Assembly: GCA_009914755.4 (NCBI GenBank)
Contig: CP086569.2
Span: forward strand, 31,168,001-31,232,000
From: the human T2T-CHM13v2.0 reference genome, Homo sapiens
Reading direction: 5' to 3'
Length of the DNA: 64,000 nucleotides
Below, one piece after another: positions 44,417 to 58,600 of the stretch. The notes under the pieces are model-generated. The model was not told the DNA's origin, ran no database searches, and worked only from the letters and a program-made list of their open reading frames with translations. Position 1 is the first letter of the stretch; each line of letters opens with the position of its first letter. The position numbers and the translations under genes are program-made.

Positions 44417-47400
44417 ATGGAATCGAACCACAAGGAATGGACAGAAATAGAATGGTCTCGAATTGAATGGAATCGTATGGAATGGCATCAAACGGAATGG
44501 AATGGACAGCCACGGAATGGAATGGACTCGAATGCAATGGAGTCGAAACTAATGGACTGGAATAGAATGGACTCGACTGGTACGGACTCCAATGGAATGG
44601 AATCGAATGGAAGGGAATCGAACGGAATGGACTCGAAGGGAAAAGACTGCAATGGAAAGGTCTCGAATGGAATGGAAATTAATGGAATGGAATGGAATCG
44701 AATGAAATGGAGTCAAAAGGAATGGAATCGAATGGCAAGAAATCGAATGTAATGGAATCGCAAGGAATTGATGTGAACGGAACGGAATGGAATGGAATCC
44801 AAAGGAATGGAATAGAATGGAATGAAATCGAATGGAAAGGACTCGAATGGAAATCACTCGAATAGAATACAATTTAATAAAATAGGATCAAATGTAATGG
44901 AATGGAATGGAAAGGAATCGAAACGAAAGGAATGGAGACAGATGGAATGGAATGGAACAGAGAGCAATGGTATAGAATGGAATGGAAGCATCTGGAATGG
45001 AATTGAATGGAATGGAATAATATGAAATGGAATGGAGTGGAATGGAATGCCCTTGAATTAAATGGACAGGAATGGAATGGACTCGAACAGAGTGGAATGG
45101 AAAGTGTTGAAATAGAATGGAATGGACTCGTTTGGAATGGTCTAGTATGCAATGCAATCGACTGGCAGGGAATCAAAAGGAATGTAATGGAATGGATTGG
45201 ACTGGAATGCAATGGACTCGAATAGATTGGAAACGGAATGCAAAGGAATGGAATGGATTAGTATGGAATGGAATGGAAAGGAATGGAGTGGAATAGACTA
45301 GAGTGGAATGGAATGGACTGGAAAGCAATGGACTGGAATGGAACTTTCTTGATTGGACTGGAATCAAACGGAATGGAATGCTATGCAATCAAATGGCATG
45401 GAATAAAATAGAATGAAAGAGAATCAAATGGAATTGAATCGAATGGAATCGAATGGATTGGAAAGGAAGAGAATGGAATGGAATGGAATTGAATCAAATG
45501 GAATGGACTAGAATGGAATAGATTCGAATGGAAGGCAAAGGAATGGAATCTATTGGAATGGACTGTAATGGAATGGAATGGAAGGGATTGGAATGGACTC
45601 GAATGGAATGGACTGCAATAGAAAGGATTCGAATGGAATGAAAAAGAATTGAATGGAATAGAAGAGAATGGAATCAAATCGAATGAAATGGAATGGAATA
45701 GAAAGGAATGGAATGAAATGGAATGGAAAGGATTCGAATGGAATGCAATCGAATGGAATGCAATCGAATGGAATGGAATCGAACGGAATGGAATAAAATG
45801 GAAGAAAACTGGCAAGAAATGGAATCGAAAGGAATGGAGTGTTATGGAACGGACTCGAAAGGAATTGAATGTAATAGAATGGAGTGGAGTGGACTCGAAT
45901 ATAATGGACTGGAATGGAATGAAATCACATGGAATGGGAACGAATGGAATGGAATGGAAAGGAATGGAATCGAATGGAAAGGAATCGAATGGAAGGGAAT
46001 GAAATTGAATCAACAGGAATGGAAGGGAGTAGAATACACGGTAATGGAATGGACTCGAATAGAATGGACACGAATGCTCCAATTGAATGGACTCGAATGG
46101 AATGGAAACGAAAGGAATGTCATCGAATGGAATTGAATCGATTGGAATGAAATCGCATAGAATGGAGTGGAATCAAATGGAATTGAATCGAAAGGAAAGG
46201 AAGCGAATGGACTGAAATGGAATGGAATGGAATGGAATGGAAAGTAATGCAATGGAATAGAATGGAACGAAATTTCACGGAATGGAATCAAACTGAATGG
46301 AATCAAATCAATGGAATATAATCAAATGGAATGGAAAGGAATTGAATGGAGTAGATTGGATTGGATGGGATTGGAATGAAATGTACTGGAAAGGACTCGA
46401 ATTTCATGAAACGGAATGGAATGAATTGGAACGGAATGGACTCGAATGGAATGGAATGTCATGGAATGGCAACAAATGGAATGGCATCAAATGGAATGGA
46501 ATCGAATGCAATGGAATGCTTTGGAATGGAATGGAATGCATTGGAATGGAATGTCCTCTAATGGAATGGATTCGAGTGGAATGGAATCGAATATAATGGA
46601 GTCGAATGAAATGGAATTGAAAGGAATGGGATCGAATACAATGGAATATACTGGAATGTAATGTAATGAACTCGAATGTAATTGACTGGAATGGAATGTA
46701 CATGAATGCAATGTAATCGAATGGAAAGTAATCCAATGGAATAGAATCTAATGCAATAAAATCGACTCAAATAGAATAGAATGTAATGGAATGGAGTGCA
46801 GTGCAATGGAATGGAATGGAATGGAATGCAATGGAATGGAATGGAATGGAATGGAATGGAATGGAATGCAATGGGATGGAATGGTATGGAATGGACTGTA
46901 ATGGACAGGAGTGAAATGGACTGGAAATGAACGGACTCAAATTGAAAGGGCTCGAAAGGAATGGAGTCAATTGGAATGGTCTGGAATGGAATGAACACGA
47001 ATGTAATGCAATCCAGTAGAATGGAATCGAATGGCATGGAATATAAAGAAATGGAATCGAAGAGAATGGAAACAAATGGAATGGAATTGAATGGAATGGA
47101 ATTGAATGGAATGGGAACGAATGGAGGGAAATTGTATGCAGTAGAAGAGAATAGAATGGAATGCAAGCGAAAGGAAATGAATGGATTGGAATGGAATGGA
47201 ATTCATTGGAATCGAAGGGAATGTAGTGTAATGGACAGGCCTGGAATAAAGTGGAATGCTACGGTCTCGAATGGAATAAAAATGTATGGAATGGAATGCA
47301 ATGAAACGGAATCGAATGTCATAGAATGTAATGGAAGGCAAAAAAATGGACTCCAAAATCATTGACTGGAAAGGCTGGGTGTCGAAAGGAATTGACTCCA

Positions 47401-47985
47401 ATGGAATGGAATCGAATGGAATGGAAGTGAATAGAATGGAACTAAATCGAATGGAATGGAATTGATAGGAACGGAATGGAAAGGAATGCAATGATTTGGC
47501 ATGGAATGGAATCGAATGGCATCGAATGGAATGGAATGGAATGCAATGGAATGGAATGTATTAGAATGTAATGAACTTTAATGGAATGTACTCGAATGGA
47601 TTCGACTGGAATGGAATGTTCTCGAAGTGAATGGACTCCAATGGAATGGATTCGAAAGGAATGGAATCTAATGGAATGGAATTAAATGGAAATGAATCAA
47701 ATTGAATAGAACGGAATTGAATTGAATGGAATCGAATGCAATGGAATCTAATGAAACGGAAAGGAAAGGAATAGAATGGAATGGAATGGAATGGAATGGG
47801 CTGGAATGGAATGGAATAGAAACGAATGGAATGGAATCGAACTGAAGAGACTGGAATGGAATGCACTGGAATGGAAGGGAGTGTAATGGAAGGTTCTCGA
47901 AAAAAATGGAATCGAAAGGAATGGAATTGAATGGAACGGAATAGAGTCGAATGGAATTCAATGGAATGGAATGGACTAGAGTGAA
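44417..47985 (+). repeat. DYZ1-type unit (3569 bp)
   Basis: Landmark phase. Confidence 0.85.
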
Positions 47986-50900
47986 ATGGAATCGAACCAC
48001 AAGGAATGGACAGGAATAGAATGGTCTCGAATTGAATGGAATCGTATGGAATGGCATCAAACGGAATGGAATGGACAGCCACGGAATGGAATGCACTCGA
48101 ATGCAATGGAGTCGAAACTAATGGACTGGAATAGAATGGACTCGACTGGTACGGACTCCAATGGAATGGAATCGAATGGAAGGGAATCGAACGGAATGGA
48201 CTCGAAGGGAAAAGACTGCAATGGAAAGGTCTCGAATGGAACGAAAATTAGTGGAATGGAATGGAATGGAACGAAATGGAGTCAACAGGAATGGAATCGA
48301 ATGGCAAGTAATCGAATGTAATGGAATCGCAAGGAATTGATGTGAACGGAACGGAATGGAATGGAATCCAAAGGAATGGAATAGAATGGAATGGAATCGA
48401 ATGGAAAGGACTCGAATGGAAATCACTCGAATAGAATGCAATTTAATAAAATAGGATCAAATGTAATGGAATGGAATGGAAAGGAATCGAAACGAAAGGA
48501 ATGGAGACAGATGGAATGGAATGGAACAGAGAGCAATGGTATAGAATGGAATGGAATCATCTGGAATGGAATTGAATGGAATGGAATAACATGAAATGGA
48601 ATGGAATGGAATGGAATGCCCTTGAATTAAACGGACTGGAATGGAATGGATTCGTACAGAGTGGAATGGAATGTGTTGAAATAGAATGGAATGGACTCCT
48701 TTGGAATGGTGTAGTATGCAATGCAATCGACTGGCAGGGAATCAAAAGGAATGTAATCGAATGGATTGGACTGGAATGCAATGGACTCGAATAGATTGGA
48801 AACGGAATGCAAAGGAATGGAATGGAATAGTATGGAATGGAATGGAAAGGAATGGAGTGGAATAGACTAGAGTGGAATGGAATGGACTCGAAAGCAATGG
48901 ACTGGAATGGAAGTTTCTTGAATGGACTGGAATCAAACGGAATGGAATGCAATGCAATCAAATGTCATGGAATAAAATAGAATGAAAGAGAATCAAATGG
49001 AATTGAATCGAATGGAATCGAATGGATTGGAAAGGAATAGAATGGAATGGAATGGAATTGACTCAAATGGAATGGACTAGAATGGAATGGATTCGAATGG
49101 AAGGCAAAGGAATGGAATCTATTGGAATGGACTGTAATGGAATGGAATGGAAGGGATTGGAATGGACTCGAATGGAATGGACTGCAATAGAAAGGATTCG
49201 AATGGAATGAAAAAGAATTGAATGGAATAGAACAGAATGGAATCAAATCGAATGAAATGGAATGGAATAGAAAGGAATGGAATGAAATGGAATGGAAAGG
49301 ATTCGAATGGAATGCAATCGAATGGAATGGAATCGAACGGAATGTAATAAAATGGAAGAAAACTGGCAAGAAATGGAATCGAAAGGAATGGAGTGTTATG
49401 GAACGGACTCAAAAGGAATTGAATGTAATAGAATGGAGTGGAGTGGACTCGAATATAATGGACTGGAATGGAATGAAATCACATGGAATCGGAACGAATG
49501 GAATGGAATGGAAAGGAATGGAATCAAATGGAAAGGAATCGAATGGAAGGGAATGAAATTGAATCAACAGGAATGGAAGGGAATAGAATAGACGGTAATG
49601 GAATGGACTCGAATAGAATGCACACAAATGCTCAAATTGAATGGGCTCGAATGGAATGGAAACGAAAGGAATGTCATCGAATGGAATTGAATCGATTGGA
49701 ATGAAATCGCATAGAATGGAGTGGAATCAAATGGAATTGAATCGAAAGGAAAGGAAGCGAATGGACTGAAATGAAATGGAATGGAATTGAATGGAAAGTA
49801 ATGCAATGGAATAGAATGGAACGAAATTTCACGGAATGGAATCAAACTGAATGGAATCAAATCAATGGAATCAAATCAAATGGAATGGAAAGGAATTGAA
49901 TGGAGTAGATTGGATTGGATGGGATTGGAATGAAATGTACTGGAAAGGACTCAAATTTCATGAAACGGAATGGAATGAATTGGAACGGAATGGACTCGAA
50001 TGGAATGGAATGTCATGGAATGGCATCAAACGGAATGGCATCAAATGGGATGGAATCGAATGCAATGGAATGCTATGGAATGGAATGGAATGCATTGGAA
50101 TGGAATGTCCTCTAATGGAATGGATTCGGGAGGAATGGAATCAAATATAATGGAGTCGAATGAAATGGAATTGAAAGGAATGGGATCGAATACAATGGAA
50201 TATACTGGATTGTAACGTAATGAACTCGAATGTAATTGACTGGAATGGAATGTACATGAATGGAATGTAACCGAATGGAAAGTAATCCAATGGAATAGAA
50301 TCTAATGCAATAAAATCGACTGTAATAGAATAGAATGTAATGGAATGGAGTGCAGTGCAATGGAATGGAATGGAATGGAATGGAATGGAATGGAATGGAA
50401 TGGAATGCAATGGGATGGAATGGTATGGAATGGATAGTAATGGACTGGAGTGAAATGGACTGGAAAGGAATGGACTCAAATTGAAAGGGCTCGAAAGGAA
50501 TGGAGTCAAATGGAATGGTCTGGAATGGAATGAACACGAATGTAATGCAATCCAATAGAATGGAATCGAATGGCATGGAATATAAAGAAATGGAATCGAA
50601 GAGAATGGAAACAAATGGAAAGGAATTGAATGGAATGGGAACGAATGGAGTGAAATTGTATGCAGTAGAAGAGAATAGAATGGAATGGAAGCGAAAGGAA
50701 AGGAATGGATTGGAATGGAATGGAATTCATTGGAATGGAAGGGAATGTAGTGTAATGGACAGGCCTGGAATAAAGTGGAATGCTACGGTCTCGAATGGAA
50801 TAAAAATGTATGGAATGGAATGCAATGAAACGGAATCGAATGTCATAGAATGTAATGGAATGCAAAAAAATGGACTCCAAAATCATTGACTGGAAAGGCT

Positions 50901-51513
50901 GGGTGTCGAAAGGAATTGACTCCAATGGAATGGAATCGAATGGAATGGAAGTGAATAGAATCGAACTAAATCGAATGGAATGGAATTGATAGGAACGGAA
51001 TGGAAAGGAATGCAATGATTTCCATGGAATGGAATCGAATGGCATCGAATGTAATGGAATGGAATGCAATGGAATGGAATGTATTAGAATGTAATGAACT
51101 TTAATGGAATGTACTCGAATGGATTCGACTGGAATGGAATGTTCTGGAAGTGAATGGACTCCAATGGAATGGATTCGAAAGGAATGGAATCGTACGGAAT
51201 GGTATCCAATGGAATGGAATTAAATGGAAATGAATCAAATTGAATAGCACGGAATTGAATTGAATGGAATCGAATGCAATGGAATCTAATGAAACGGAAA
51301 GGAAAGGAATGGAATGGAATGGAATGGGCTGGAATGGAATGGAATCGAAACGAATGGAATGGAATCGAACTGAAGAGACTGGAATGGAATGCACTGGAAT
51401 GGAAGGGAGTGTAATGGAAGGTTCTCGAAAAAAATGGAATCGAATGGAATGGAATTGAATGGAACGGAATAGAGTCGAATGGAATTGAATGGAATGGAAT
51501 GGACTAGAGTGAA
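47986..51513 (+). repeat. DYZ1-type unit (3528 bp)
   Basis: Landmark phase. Confidence 0.85.
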
Positions 51514-54500
51514 ATGGAATCGAACCACAAGGAATGGACAGGAATAGAATGGTCTCGAATTGAATGGAATCGTATGGAATGGCATCAAACGGAATGGAAT
51601 GGACAGCCACGGAATGGAATGCACTCGAATGCAATGGAGTCGAAACTAATGGACTGGAATAGAATGGACTCGACTGGTACGGACTCCAATGGAATGGAAT
51701 CGAATGGAAGGGAATCGAACGGAATGGACTCGAAGGGAAAAGACTGCAATGGAAAGGTCTCAAATGGAATGGAAATTAATGGAATGGAATGGAATCGAAT
51801 GAAATGGAGTCAAAAGGAATGGAATCGAATGGCAAGAAATCGAATGTAATGGAATCGCAAGGAATTGATGTGAACGGAACGGAATGGAATGGAATCCAAA
51901 GGAATGGAATAGAATGGAATGGAATCGAATGGAAAGGACTCGAATGGAAATCACTCGAATAGAATGCAATTTAATAAAATACGATCAAATGTAATGGAAT
52001 GGAATGGAAAGGAATTGAAACGAAAGGAATGGAGACAGATGGAATGGAATGGAACAGAGAGCAATGGTATAGAATGGAATGGAATCATCTGGAATGGAAT
52101 TGAATGGAATTGAATAACATGAAATGGAATGGAATGGAATGGAATGCCCTTGAATTAAATGGACTGGAATGGAATGGACTCGAACAGAGTGGAATGGAAA
52201 GTTTTGAAATAGAATGGAACGGACTCCCTTGGAATGGTCTAGTATGCAATGCAATCGACTGGCAGGGAATCAAAAGGAATGCAATCGAATGGATTGGACT
52301 GGAATGCAATAGACTCGAATAGATTGGAAACGGAATGCAAAGGAATGGAATGGAATAGTATGGAATGGAATGGAAAGGAATGGAGTGGAATAGACTAGAG
52401 TGGAATGGAATGGACTGGAAAGCAATGGACTGGAATGGAACTTTCTTGAATGGACTGGAATCAAACGGAATGGAATGCAATGCAATCAAATGGCATGGAA
52501 TAAAATAGAATGAAAGAGAATCAAACGGAATTGAATCGAATGGAATCGAATGGATTGGAAAGGAATAGAATGGAATGGAATGGAATTGACTCAAATGGAA
52601 TGGACTAGAATGGAATGGATTCGAATGGAAGGCAAAGGAATGGAATCTATTGGAATGGACTGTAATGGAATGGAATGGAAGGGATTGGAATGGACTCGAA
52701 TGGAATGGACTGCAATAGAAAGGATTCGAATGGAATGAAAAAGAATTGAATGGAATAGAACAGAATGGAATCAAATCGAATGAAATGGAATGGAATAGAA
52801 AGGAATGGAATGAAATGGAATGGAAAGGATTCGAATGGAATGCAATCGAATGGAATGGAATCGAACGGAATGTAATAAAATGGAAGAAAACTGGCAAGAA
52901 ATGGAATCGAAATGAATGGAGTGTTATGGAACGGACTCAAAAGGAATTGAATGTAATAGAATGGAGTGGAGTGGACTCGAATATAATGGACTGGAATGGA
53001 ATGAAATCACATGGAATGGGAACGAATGGAATGGAATGGATAGGAATGGAATCAAATGGAAAGGAATCGAATGGAAGGGAATGAAATTGAATCAACAGGA
53101 ATGGAAGGGAATAGAATAGACGGTAATGGAATGGACTCGAATAGAATGCACACAAATGCTCAAATTGAATGGACTCGAATGGAATGGAAACGAAAGGAAT
53201 GTCATCGAATGGAATTGAATCGATTGGAATGAAATCGCATAGAATGGAGTGGAATCAAATGGAATTGAATCGAAAGGAAAGGAAGCGAATGGACTGAAAT
53301 GAAATGGAATGGAATTGAATGGAAAGTAATGCAATGGAATAGAATGGAACGAAATTTCATGGAATGGAATCAAACTGAATGGAATCAAATCAATGGAATC
53401 AAATCAAATGGAATAGAAAGGAATTGAATGGAGTAGATTGGATTGGATGGGATTGGAATGAAATGTACTGGAAAGGACTCGAATTTCATGAAACGGAATG
53501 GAATGAATTGGAACGGAATGGACTCGAATGGAATGGAATGTCATGGAATGGCATCAAACGGAATGGCATCAAATGGGATGGAATCGAATGCAATGGAATG
53601 CTATGGAATGGAATGGAATGCATTGGAATGGAATGTCCTCTAATGGAATGGATTCGGGTGGAATGGAATCGAATATAATGGAGTCGAATGAAATGGAATT
53701 GAAAGGAATGGGATCGAATACAATGGAATATACTGGATTGTAACGTAATGAACTCGAATGTAATTGACTCGAATGGAATGTACATGAAAGGAATGTAACC
53801 GAATGGAAAGTAATCCAATGGAATAGAATCTAATGCAATAAAATCGACTGTAATAGAATAGAATGTAATGGAATGGAGTGCAGTGCAATGGAATGGAATG
53901 GAATGGAATGGAATGGAATGGAATGGAATGGAATGGATTGGAATGCAATGGGATGGAATGGTATGGAATGGATAGTAATGGACTGGAGTGAAATGGACTG
54001 GAAAGGAATGGACTCAAATTGAAAGGGCTCGAAAGGAATGGAGTCAAATGGAATGGTCTGGAATGGAATGAACACGAATGTAATGCAATCCAATAGAATG
54101 GAATCGAATGGCATGGAATATAAAGAAATGGAATCGAAGAGAATGGAAACAAATGGAAAGGAATTGAATGGAATGGGAACGAATGGAGTGAAATTGTATG
54201 CAGTAGAAGAGAATAGAATGGAATGGAAGCGAAAGGAAAGGAATGGATTGGAATGGAATGGAATTCATTGGAATGGAAGGGAATGTAGTGTAATGGACAG
54301 GCCTGGAATAAAGTGGAATGCTACGGTCTCGAATGGAATAAAAATGTATGGAATGGAATGCAATGAAACGGAATCGAATGTCATAGAATGTAATGGAATG
54401 CAAAAAAATGGACTCCAAAATCATTGACTGGAAAGGCTGGGTGTCGAAAGGAATTGACTCCAATGGAATGGAATCGAATGGAATGGAAGTGAATAGAATC

Positions 54501-55051
54501 GAACTAAATCGAATGGAATGGAATTGATAGGAACGGAATGGAAAGGAATGCAATGATTTCCATGGAATGGAATCGAATGGCATCGAATGGAATGGAATGG
54601 AATGCAATGGAATGGAATGTATTAGAATGTAATGAACTTTAATGGAATGTACTCGAATGGATTCGACTGGAATGGAATGTTCTGGAAGTGAATGGACTCC
54701 AATGGAATGGATTCGAAAGGAATGGAATCGTACGGAATGGTATCCAATGGAATGGAATTAAATGGAAATGAATCAAATTGAATAGCACGGAATTGAATTG
54801 AATGGAATCGAATGCAATGGAATCTAATGAAACGGAAAGGAAAGGAATGGAATGGAATGGAATGGGCTGGAATGGAATGGAATCGAAACGAATGGAATGG
54901 AATCGAACTGAAGAGACTGGAATGGAATGCACTGGAATGGAAGGGAGTGTAATGGAAGGTTCTCGAAAAAAATGGAATCGAATGGAATGGAATTGAATGG
55001 AACGGAATAGAGTCGAATGGAATTGAATGGAATGGAATGGACTAGAGTGAA
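51514..55051 (+). repeat. DYZ1-type unit (3538 bp)
   Basis: Landmark phase. Confidence 0.85.
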
Positions 55052-58000
55052 ATGGAATCGAACCACAAGGAATGGACAGGAATAGAATGGTCTCGAATTG
55101 AATGGAATCGTATGGAATGGCATCAAACGGAATGGAATGGACAGCCACGGAATGGAATGCACTCGAATGCAATGGAGTCGAAACTAATGGACTGGAATAG
55201 AATGGACTCGACTGGTACGGACTCCAATGGAATGGAATCGAATGCATGGGAATCGAACGGAATGGACTCGAAGGGAAAAGACTGCAATAGAAAGGTCTGG
55301 AATGGAATGGAAATTAATGGAATGGAATGGAATCGAAGGAAATGGAGTCAAAAGGAATGGAATCGAATGGCAAGAAATCGAATGTAATGGAATCGCAAGG
55401 AATTGATGTGAACGGAACGGAATGGAATGGAATCCAAAGGAATGGAATAGAATGGAATGGAATCGAATGGAAAGGACTCGAATGGAAATCACTCGAATAG
55501 AATGCAATTTAATAAAATAGGATCAAATGTAATAGAATGGAATGGAAAGGAATCGAAACGAAAGGAATGGAGACAGATGGAATGGAATGGAACAGAGAGC
55601 AATGGTATAGAATGGAATGGAATCATCTGGAATGGAATTGAATGGAATGGAATAACATGAAATGGAATGGAATGGAATGGAATGCCCTTGAATTAAATGG
55701 ACTGGAATGGAATGGACTCGAACAGAGTGGAATGGAAAGTGTTGAAATAGAATGGAATGGACTCCTTTGGAATGGTCTAGTACGCAATGCAGTCGACTGG
55801 CAGGGAATCAAAAGGAATGTAATCGAATGGATTGGACTGGAATGCAATGGACTCGAATAGATTGGAAACGGAAATCAAAGGAATGGAATGGAATAGTATG
55901 GAATGGAATGGAAAGGAATGGAGTGGAAAAGACTAGAGTGGAATGGATTGGACTCGAAAGCAATGGACTGGAATGGAACTTTCTTGAATGGACTGGAATC
56001 AAACGGAATGGAATGCAATGCAATCAAGTGGCATGGAATAAAATAGAATGAAAGAGAATCAAATGGAATTGAATCGAATGGAATCGAATGGATTGGAAAG
56101 GAATAGAATGGAATTGACTCAAATGGAATGGACTAGAATGGAATGGATTCGAATGGAATCTATTGGAATGGACTGTAATGGAATGGAATGGAAGGGATTG
56201 GAATGGACTCGAATGGAATGGACTGCAATAGAGAGGATTCGAATGGAATGAAAAAGAATTGAATGGAATAGAACAGAATGGAATCAAATCGAATGAAATG
56301 GAATGGAATAGAAAGGAATGGAATGAAATGGAATGGAAAGGATTCGAAAGGAATGCAATCGAATGGAATGCAATCGAAAGGAATGGAATCGAACGGAATG
56401 GAATAAAATGGAAGAAAACTGGCAAGAAATGGAATCGAAATGAATGGAGTGTTATGGAACGGACTCAAAAGGAATTGAATGTAATAGAATGGAGTGGAGT
56501 GGACTCGAATATAATGGACTGGAATGGAATGAAATCACATGGAATGGGAACGAATGGAATGGAATGGAAAGGAATGGAATCGAATGGAAAGGAATCGAAT
56601 TGAAGGGAATGCAATTGAATCAACAGGAATGGAAGAGAATAGAATAGACGGTAATGGAATGGACTCGAATAGAATGGACACGAATGCTCAAATTGAATGG
56701 ACTCGAATGGAATGGAAACGAAAGGAATGTCATCGAATGGAATTGAATCGATTGTAATGAAATCGCATAGAATGGAGTGGAATCAAATGGAATTGAATCG
56801 AAAGGAAAGGAAGCCAATGGACTGAAATGAAATGGAATGGAATTGAATGGAAAGTAATGCAATGGAATAGAATGGAACGAAATTTCACGGAATGGAATCA
56901 AACTGAATGGAATCAAATCAATGGAATCAAATCAAATGGAATGGAAAGGAATTGAATGGAGTAGATTGGATTGGATGGGATTGGAATGAAATGTACTGGA
57001 AAGGACTCGAATTTCATGAAACGGAATGGAATGAATTGGAACGGAATGGACTCGAATGGAATGGAATGTCATGGAATGGCATCAAATGGAATGGCATCAA
57101 ATGGAATGGAATCGAATGCAATGGAATGCTATGGAATGGAATGGAATGCATTGGAATGGAATGTCCTCTAATGGAATGGATTCGAGTGGAATGGAATCGA
57201 ATATAATGGAGTCGAATGAAATGGAATTGAAAGGAATGGGATCGAATACAATGGAATATACTGGAATGTAATGTAATGAACTCGAATGTAATTGACTGGA
57301 ACGGAATGTACATGAATGGAATGTAATCGAATGGAAAGTAATCCAATGGAATAGAATCTAATGCAATAAAATCGACTCAGATAGAGTAGAATGTAATGGA
57401 ATGGAGTGCAGTGCAATGCAATGGATTGGAATGGAATGCAATGGCATGGAATGGAATGGAATGGAATGGAATGGGATGGAATGGGATGGAATGGTATGGA
57501 ATGGATAGTAATGGACTGGAGTGAAATGGACTGGAAAGGAATGGACTCAAATTGAAAGGGCTCGAAAGGAATGGAGTCAAATGTAATGGTCTGGAATGGA
57601 ATGAACACGAATGTAATGCAATCCAATAGAATGGAATCGAATGGCATGGAATATAAAGAAATGGAATCGAAGAGAATGGAAACAAAGGGAATGGAATTGA
57701 ATGGAATGGAATTGAATGGAATGGGAACGAATGGAGTGAAATTCTATGCAGTAGAAGGGAATAGAATGGAATGCAAGCGAAAGGAAAGGAATGGATTGGA
57801 ATGGAATGGAACTCATTGGAATGGAAGGGAATGTAGTGTAATGGATAGGCCTGGAATAAAGTGGAATGCTCCGGTCTCGAATGGAATAAAAATATATGGA
57901 ATGGAATGCAATGAAACGGAATCGAATGTCATAGAATGTAATGGAATGCAAAAAAATGGAATCCAAAATCATTGACTGGAAAGGCTGGGTGTCGAAAGGA

Positions 58001-58600
58001 ATTGACTCCAATGGAATGGAATCGAATGGAATGGAAGTGAATAGAATCGAACTAAATCAAATGGAATGGAATTGATAGGAACGGAATGGAAAGGAATGCA
58101 ATGATTTGGCATGGAATGGAATCGAATGACATCGAATGGAATTTAATGGAATGCAATGGAATGGAATGTATTAGAATGTAATGAACATTAATGGAATGTA
58201 CTCGAATGGATTCGACTGGAATGGAATGTTCTGGAAATGAATGGACTCCAATGGAATGGATTCGAAAGGAATGGAATCGAACGGAATGGAATCTAATGGA
58301 ATGGAATTAAATGGAAATGAATCAAATTGAATAGCACAGAATAGAATTGAATGGATTCGAATGCAATGGAATCTAATGAAACGGAAAGGAAAGGAATGAA
58401 ATGGAATGGAATGGGCTGGAATGGAATGGAATCGAAACGAATGGAATGGAATCGAACTGAAGAGACTGGAATGGAATGCACTGGAATGGAAGGGAGTGTA
58501 ATGGAAAGTTCTCGAAAAAAATGGAATCGAATGGAATGGAATTGAATGGAACGGAATAGAGTCGAATGGAATTGAATGGAATGGAATGGACTAGAGTGAA
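55052..58600 (+). repeat. DYZ1-type unit (3549 bp) with 10-bp and 15-bp in-register deletions near 56110-56160
   Basis: Landmark phase. Compared with sister units it lacks 'aatggaatgg' and 'aaggcaaaggaatgg'. Confidence 0.85.
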
